A DNA stretch of 64,000 nucleotides from Candidatus Hydrogenedentota bacterium (GTDB lineage: Bacteria; Hydrogenedentota; Hydrogenedentia; Hydrogenedentales; SLHB01): contig CAVUWV010000024.1 of the NCBI GenBank assembly GCA_963745075.1, positions 352,001 to 416,000 on the forward strand, written 5' to 3'. Below the pieces are notes generated by a model, which saw only the letters and a program-made list of their open reading frames with translations, did no database searches and was not told where the DNA came from. The position numbers and the translations under genes are program-made. Below are positions 60,058 to 64,000 of the stretch, one piece after another (the first letter of the stretch is position 1; the number at the start of each line of letters is the position of its first letter).

Positions 60058-61290
60058 TCAGGCCTGCCGCGGCGTTGTCGGGCCGTCGTCCGGCAGCATT
60101 AAGTGGGGGTCCAGACGTTCCTGCCGTTGTACCATTTCGTCCCACCTGATGGGTTTTCCCTCGTAAGCCGCCATACGGCCCAGGATGCTCGTCATGGTGC
60201 TGTACGCACTCTCCTGCGTGTTGTTCAGGAACTCGCCGCTGGCGATGCTCGCGCAGAAATCCTTAATGTTGTTTATCGCGCCATCTTGGTAGATGGTCGG
60301 GGTGGAACCTCCCGGCCAGCCGCCCTTGCGATCCTTGATGAACACGTCGCCGCCGTAGTGTCCCTCGACGGTGCCGTCTTTCCCGAATACCCGCGTGCAT
60401 AAGTCATCAAACCCGATGTTGAATTGCGTGGAGCTGAAGTCCATCAGCACGTCGTTCGGATACCGGTAGGTCACGATGAAGTGGTCCCAGCAATCACCTA
60501 CGTCCGTCCGGGCCTTGCGTCCACCCGTACCTTGCGCTTCTATGGGATGGGCGTCGAGGAACCAGTTCGCCACGTCCAGCACGTGAATGTTTTGCTCGAC
60601 GATGATATCGCCCGAAAGGGCCTTGTCGAACACCCAGTTGCGAAGGCGGGCCACTTCCGTGCCGGGCAGCGTTTTCATGTTCAGCCGGCCCGTGTGATAG
60701 AAAGTCTGACCGCACACCGCTTCGCCAATTTGTCCGTCATGAACGCGCTTCGCTGCCTCCCGGAAGAACTCGTTGTTTCGAGTCTGGAAATCTACCAGCG
60801 CCGTCAACTTGCCTTGGACTTTGTTGGCCGCGTCCACGATGGACTGACACCCCGGAACGTCCACGGCAATGGGTTTCGCCAGGTACAGGTGCTTGCCCGC
60901 TTCCAGTGCCGCGACAGCCTGGATGGGATGAAAGTAGGGGGGGCTGATCACCGCCACCGCATCCACGTCGTCCCGCGCCAGGATTTCCTTATAGCCATCG
61001 AGCCCCGTATACGTGCTCTCCGTGGGCACATCCAGTCGTTTCGCCGCAGCCAGAACCTGGTCCTGGAAGTAATCGTGCAACGCGACCACCTTCGTGTTCG
61101 AGTTCTGCTGGAACAGGTTGCCGATCCAGGGTCCACGGCCACCGCACCCGATGACACCGATTTGCAGTTTTGAATTTGCCTCCGCGCCAAAGGCCGTCCC
61201 CGCCGAAGTCAGAATCAAACCGGCCGTCCCCGCCGACGCCGTCTTCAAAAAGTCCCGCCGGCCTACGCGTGGTTGATTGCTGTTATCCAT
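60058..61290 (-). CDS. Tat-exported Gfo/Idh/MocA family oxidoreductase
   Basis: RRDFLK Tat motif; IGVIGCGGRG; GKHLYLAKP; RNW...SGDIIVEQNIHVLD. Confidence 0.9.
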   Translation of the reverse strand: MDNSNQPRVGRRDFLKTASAGTAGLILTSAGTAFGAEANSKLQIGVIGCGGRGPWIGNLFQQNSNTKVVALHDYFQDQVLAAAKRLDVPTESTYTGLDGYKEILARDDVDAVAVISPPYFHPIQAVAALEAGKHLYLAKPIAVDVPGCQSIVDAANKVQGKLTALVDFQTRNNEFFREAAKRVHDGQIGEAVCGQTFYHTGRLNMKTLPGTEVARLRNWVFDKALSGDIIVEQNIHVLDVANWFLDAHPIEAQGTGGRKARTDVGDCWDHFIVTYRYPNDVLMDFSSTQFNIGFDDLCTRVFGKDGTVEGHYGGDVFIKDRKGGWPGGSTPTIYQDGAINNIKDFCASIASGEFLNNTQESAYSTMTSILGRMAAYEGKPIRWDEMVQRQERLDPHLMLPDDGPTTPRQA

Positions 61291-61324
61291 GCTCTTCTCT
61301 CCTTGGTTCCATTGCCATACGTAC

Positions 61325-62626
61325 TCAGGTGTATTCTGGTAGATAGTCCCCATGTGCCGCAATCAGGTCATCGCACAACGACACCGTCTCATCGATGGTC
61401 AATTCCGCCGCCGTATGCGGGTCCAGCAGCGCCGCTTGGTAGATATGCTCCCGCTTTCGGGTCAACGCCGCCTCAATCGTCAGCTCCTGCACGTTGACGT
61501 TCGTTCGCGTCAGCGCGGCGCACTGCGGCGGCAGGTCTCCCGCATATGTTGGCGTAATCCCGCTCGAATCCGCTACGCACAGGACCTCGACGCAGCACCC
61601 CTGCGGTAAGTTTGTGATCAAACCGCTATTCAGCACATTCCCGCCGAAAGTGTACGCGTTGCCCGTCAACAGGGCGTCGAAGATATACGACGCATACTCG
61701 TGTCCCCGCATGTGGGCCAAGGGTTCATCCCGCAGTAGCCTCTCCTTCATGAAACCCCATTCCCGGATCTGGTTCACGCAACGGCGCGGGTATTCGTCCA
61801 AGGGGATGTGAAACCGGTCGATAAGTTCCGGCGTCCGGCTCTTGATAAACCACGGCACGTATTCGCTGCTGTGTTCGCTCGATTCGGTGACGTAATAGCC
61901 GAACCATTTCACGATCTCGAATCGCACCGCGTCTTTCTTCCAATACTCGGGGAGTTCCGCGCGGCGCTTAATTTCCGGATACAGGTCTTCGCCGTTCCGG
62001 CTGATTTCCAGCAACCATCCCTGATGGTTGATCCCCGCGATCTTCCAGCGCAGGTTGTCGTCCGGCAGATCGAGTTCCCTGCAGAGGTCCCCGGCGCACA
62101 CCTGGACGCTGTGGCATAAGCCGACCGTGCGAACACTCGTCGCGCGTTGGATGGCCCCCGTCAGCATCGCCATGGGGTTCGTATAATTCAGTAACAGCAC
62201 ATCTGGGCAGACGGCCTCCATGATCCGGCAGTACTCGATCATGACCGGGATCGTCCGCAGGGCTCGAAAGATGCCCCCGATGCCGAGCGTGTCCGCGATC
62301 GTCTGGCGCAACCCGTACTTCTTCGGGATCTCGAAATCGATGACCGTCGCCGGTTCGTATCCGCCCACCTGGATCGCGTTGACCACGAAATCGGCGCCCG
62401 TCAGTGCCTCCCGCGCATCGGCCGCGAGATACGCCCGAATCCGGGCCGTCGCCCCCAGCGAACGTTTGATAATCTCCAGCATCACATCGGACACATGAAG
62501 CCGGTCGGCGTCGATGTCTACGAGCGCGATTTCAGCGTCGCGTAGGCTGTCCACACACAGACAGTCCCCGAGCACGTTTTTCGCAAATACCGTGCTGCCC
62601 GCGCCTAAAAAGCAGATTTTGACCAC
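61325..62626 (-). CDS. melA: NAD-dependent alpha-galactosidase, GH4 family
   Basis: KICFLGAGSTVF, QVGGYEP, QTIADTLGIGGIFRALRTIP, LNYTNPM, GLCHSV, GINH, TESSEH; GTG start with GAAGGG SD. Confidence 0.92.
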   Translation of the reverse strand: MVKICFLGAGSTVFAKNVLGDCLCVDSLRDAEIALVDIDADRLHVSDVMLEIIKRSLGATARIRAYLAADAREALTGADFVVNAIQVGGYEPATVIDFEIPKKYGLRQTIADTLGIGGIFRALRTIPVMIEYCRIMEAVCPDVLLLNYTNPMAMLTGAIQRATSVRTVGLCHSVQVCAGDLCRELDLPDDNLRWKIAGINHQGWLLEISRNGEDLYPEIKRRAELPEYWKKDAVRFEIVKWFGYYVTESSEHSSEYVPWFIKSRTPELIDRFHIPLDEYPRRCVNQIREWGFMKERLLRDEPLAHMRGHEYASYIFDALLTGNAYTFGGNVLNSGLITNLPQGCCVEVLCVADSSGITPTYAGDLPPQCAALTRTNVNVQELTIEAALTRKREHIYQAALLDPHTAAELTIDETVSLCDDLIAAHGDYLPEYT

Positions 62627-62736
62627 GAATTCGTCCCTTCGTAAATACATAGAGGTTAGTGAATGTTAAAGGGGTAGCAGAACGCAATCAACTGGACTGC
62701 TTTAACTTATCCGGCCACGCCGGTACCATGGGGCAT

Positions 62737-63711
62737 ATGTCGACGCAGCAATCGCTACCCGCTTCCGAACCCACGAATAATTCGTCCTGGCGGCACCACC
62801 TACAACACCCGGAGTGGTTGACCACGTCCGAGGGCGCGCCGCGCGGCTACATCCAGCCCCAGGCCCTATCGGAACTGTGGTTTCACACGGGGACCGCGTG
62901 CAATCTGCGCTGCCCCTTCTGCCTCGAAGGGTCCAAGCCCGGCGACAACCGGCTGCAACTCGTGAAATTCGAGGACGTGCAGCCCTTCATCGATGAGGCC
63001 CTGGAACTCGGCGTCGAACAGTTCTCCTTCACGGGCGGCGAGCCCTTCGTCAACCGCGACATCAACCGGATTCTGGAGTACGCGTTGCAGCACCGGCCCG
63101 GCCTCATCCTGACCAACGGCACGAAACCCTTGCGACAACGCTTCGACGACGTGCGCACGCTGCTGGACGCTCCGAACGCCATTCGGTTCCGCATCAGCCT
63201 CGATTACCCTGATGCGGAAAGGCACGACGCGGGCCGGGGAAAAGGCAATTTTGATTTGGCCGTGGATACGCTCCGCATGCTGCACGACGCCGGGTTCGAG
63301 GTTTCTATTGCGCGCCTCGGCCTGCCCAACGAAGACCGCGCTGAAGCCGATGCCGCGTACTTGCCCGTGTTCGAGCGCGCCGGGGTGCCTGCCGACACCC
63401 ACATCGTCGTCTTCCCCGATTTCAAACCCCCGTGCAGCCATCCCAACGGTGTCCCTGAGATCACCGAGAATTGTATGACCACCTACCATACCGAAGCCGG
63501 CCGTGCCGCCTTCATGTGCAATTTTAGCAAGATGGTCGTGAAGAAAGACGGACACATGCGCGTCTACGCCTGCACCCTCGTCGACGACGACGACGAATAC
63601 GACCTCGGCGGAACCTTAGCCGACTCGATGGACGTCCGGGTCATGCTGCGCCACCACCGTTGCTTCGCCTGCTTCGCCCACGGCGCCAGTTGCAGCGAAC
63701 GCGGCACCTGA
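62737..63711 (+). CDS. Radical SAM protein
   Basis: CNLRCPFC (CxxxCxxC), FTGGEPF, LTNG; C-terminal Cys cluster (ENC, FMC, YACT, CFAC, ASC). Confidence 0.9.
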   Translation: MSTQQSLPASEPTNNSSWRHHLQHPEWLTTSEGAPRGYIQPQALSELWFHTGTACNLRCPFCLEGSKPGDNRLQLVKFEDVQPFIDEALELGVEQFSFTGGEPFVNRDINRILEYALQHRPGLILTNGTKPLRQRFDDVRTLLDAPNAIRFRISLDYPDAERHDAGRGKGNFDLAVDTLRMLHDAGFEVSIARLGLPNEDRAEADAAYLPVFERAGVPADTHIVVFPDFKPPCSHPNGVPEITENCMTTYHTEAGRAAFMCNFSKMVVKKDGHMRVYACTLVDDDDEYDLGGTLADSMDVRVMLRHHRCFACFAHGASCSERGT

Positions 63712-63737
63712 TCGATCAGACATGAGCCGATAGGTAT

Positions 63738-64000
63738 TTACTGGTTACCCATATCCCGCAACGCAATCCCCAACGCCAACACATTCTCCGGCGCATTTGT
63801 CATACGAACGGCATCCTTCTCCGTGGTTACGACCATTCTGTCCGCGACCAGCGCTGCTTCCGGAATGACCGTATGATCCCGAAACGGCCGCCGCTCCTGA
63901 ACGACCGCCCCCAACTCCTCCAGCGTCCGGTAGAACCCGCCCGGATTCCCGATCGCACACACCGCCGTCACGTGCTTTCCATGCAATTCCGCCAACCCGA
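63738..64000 (-). CDS. lpxK: Tetraacyldisaccharide 4'-kinase, C-terminal part (runs off window end)
   Basis: AVCAIGNPGGFYRTL...FRDH...VVTTEKDAVR motifs. Confidence 0.88.
   Translation of the reverse strand, partial: GLAELHGKHVTAVCAIGNPGGFYRTLEELGAVVQERRPFRDHTVIPEAALVADRMVVTTEKDAVRMTNAPENVLALGIALRDMGNQ

Overview
GC-rich bacterial chromosomal window from a diderm (lpxK, secretin). The gene style (ECF sigma with a long extracytoplasmic extension, FGE-sulfatase lipoprotein, many Tat and glycoside-hydrolase genes) suggests a Hydrogenedentota/PVC-like lineage, which is inference only. From left to right: a pectate-lyase-like/GH28-type partial gene, a CMD/AhpD protein, and a sulfur-carrier operon (MoaE-MoeB-rhodanese fusion, BNR beta-propeller, MoaD/ThiS). 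Next come a 1210-aa membrane-anchored ECF sigma, a glycan-utilisation block (ceramidase-like, GH106, GH36), a PadR-ABC exporter operon, a GT39-like transferase and a hybrid PAS kinase. At 26.3-30 kb lies a mobile patch: a truncated IS3, an HUH/RAYT transposase bounded by 27-bp inverted repeats and carrying an in-frame palindrome, an FGE-sulfatase gene, and a second RAYT 3' fragment. Then follow an FGGY kinase, a radical-SAM-like protein lacking CxxxCxxC, tRNA-Gly/Lys/Leu and tig-clpP-clpX-lon-engB. An ECF/TPR anti-sigma pair precedes a type II secretion-like cluster with unusual parts (GspM-CBM fusion; secretin with ExbD-like, Pro-rich and SPOR extensions). The window ends with a bacilliredoxin, a Tat oxidoreductase, melA, a radical SAM enzyme and partial lpxK. 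At least six genes, including tig and engB, are broken by apparent single-base insertions, most likely assembly errors. No CRISPR array or rRNA was seen.
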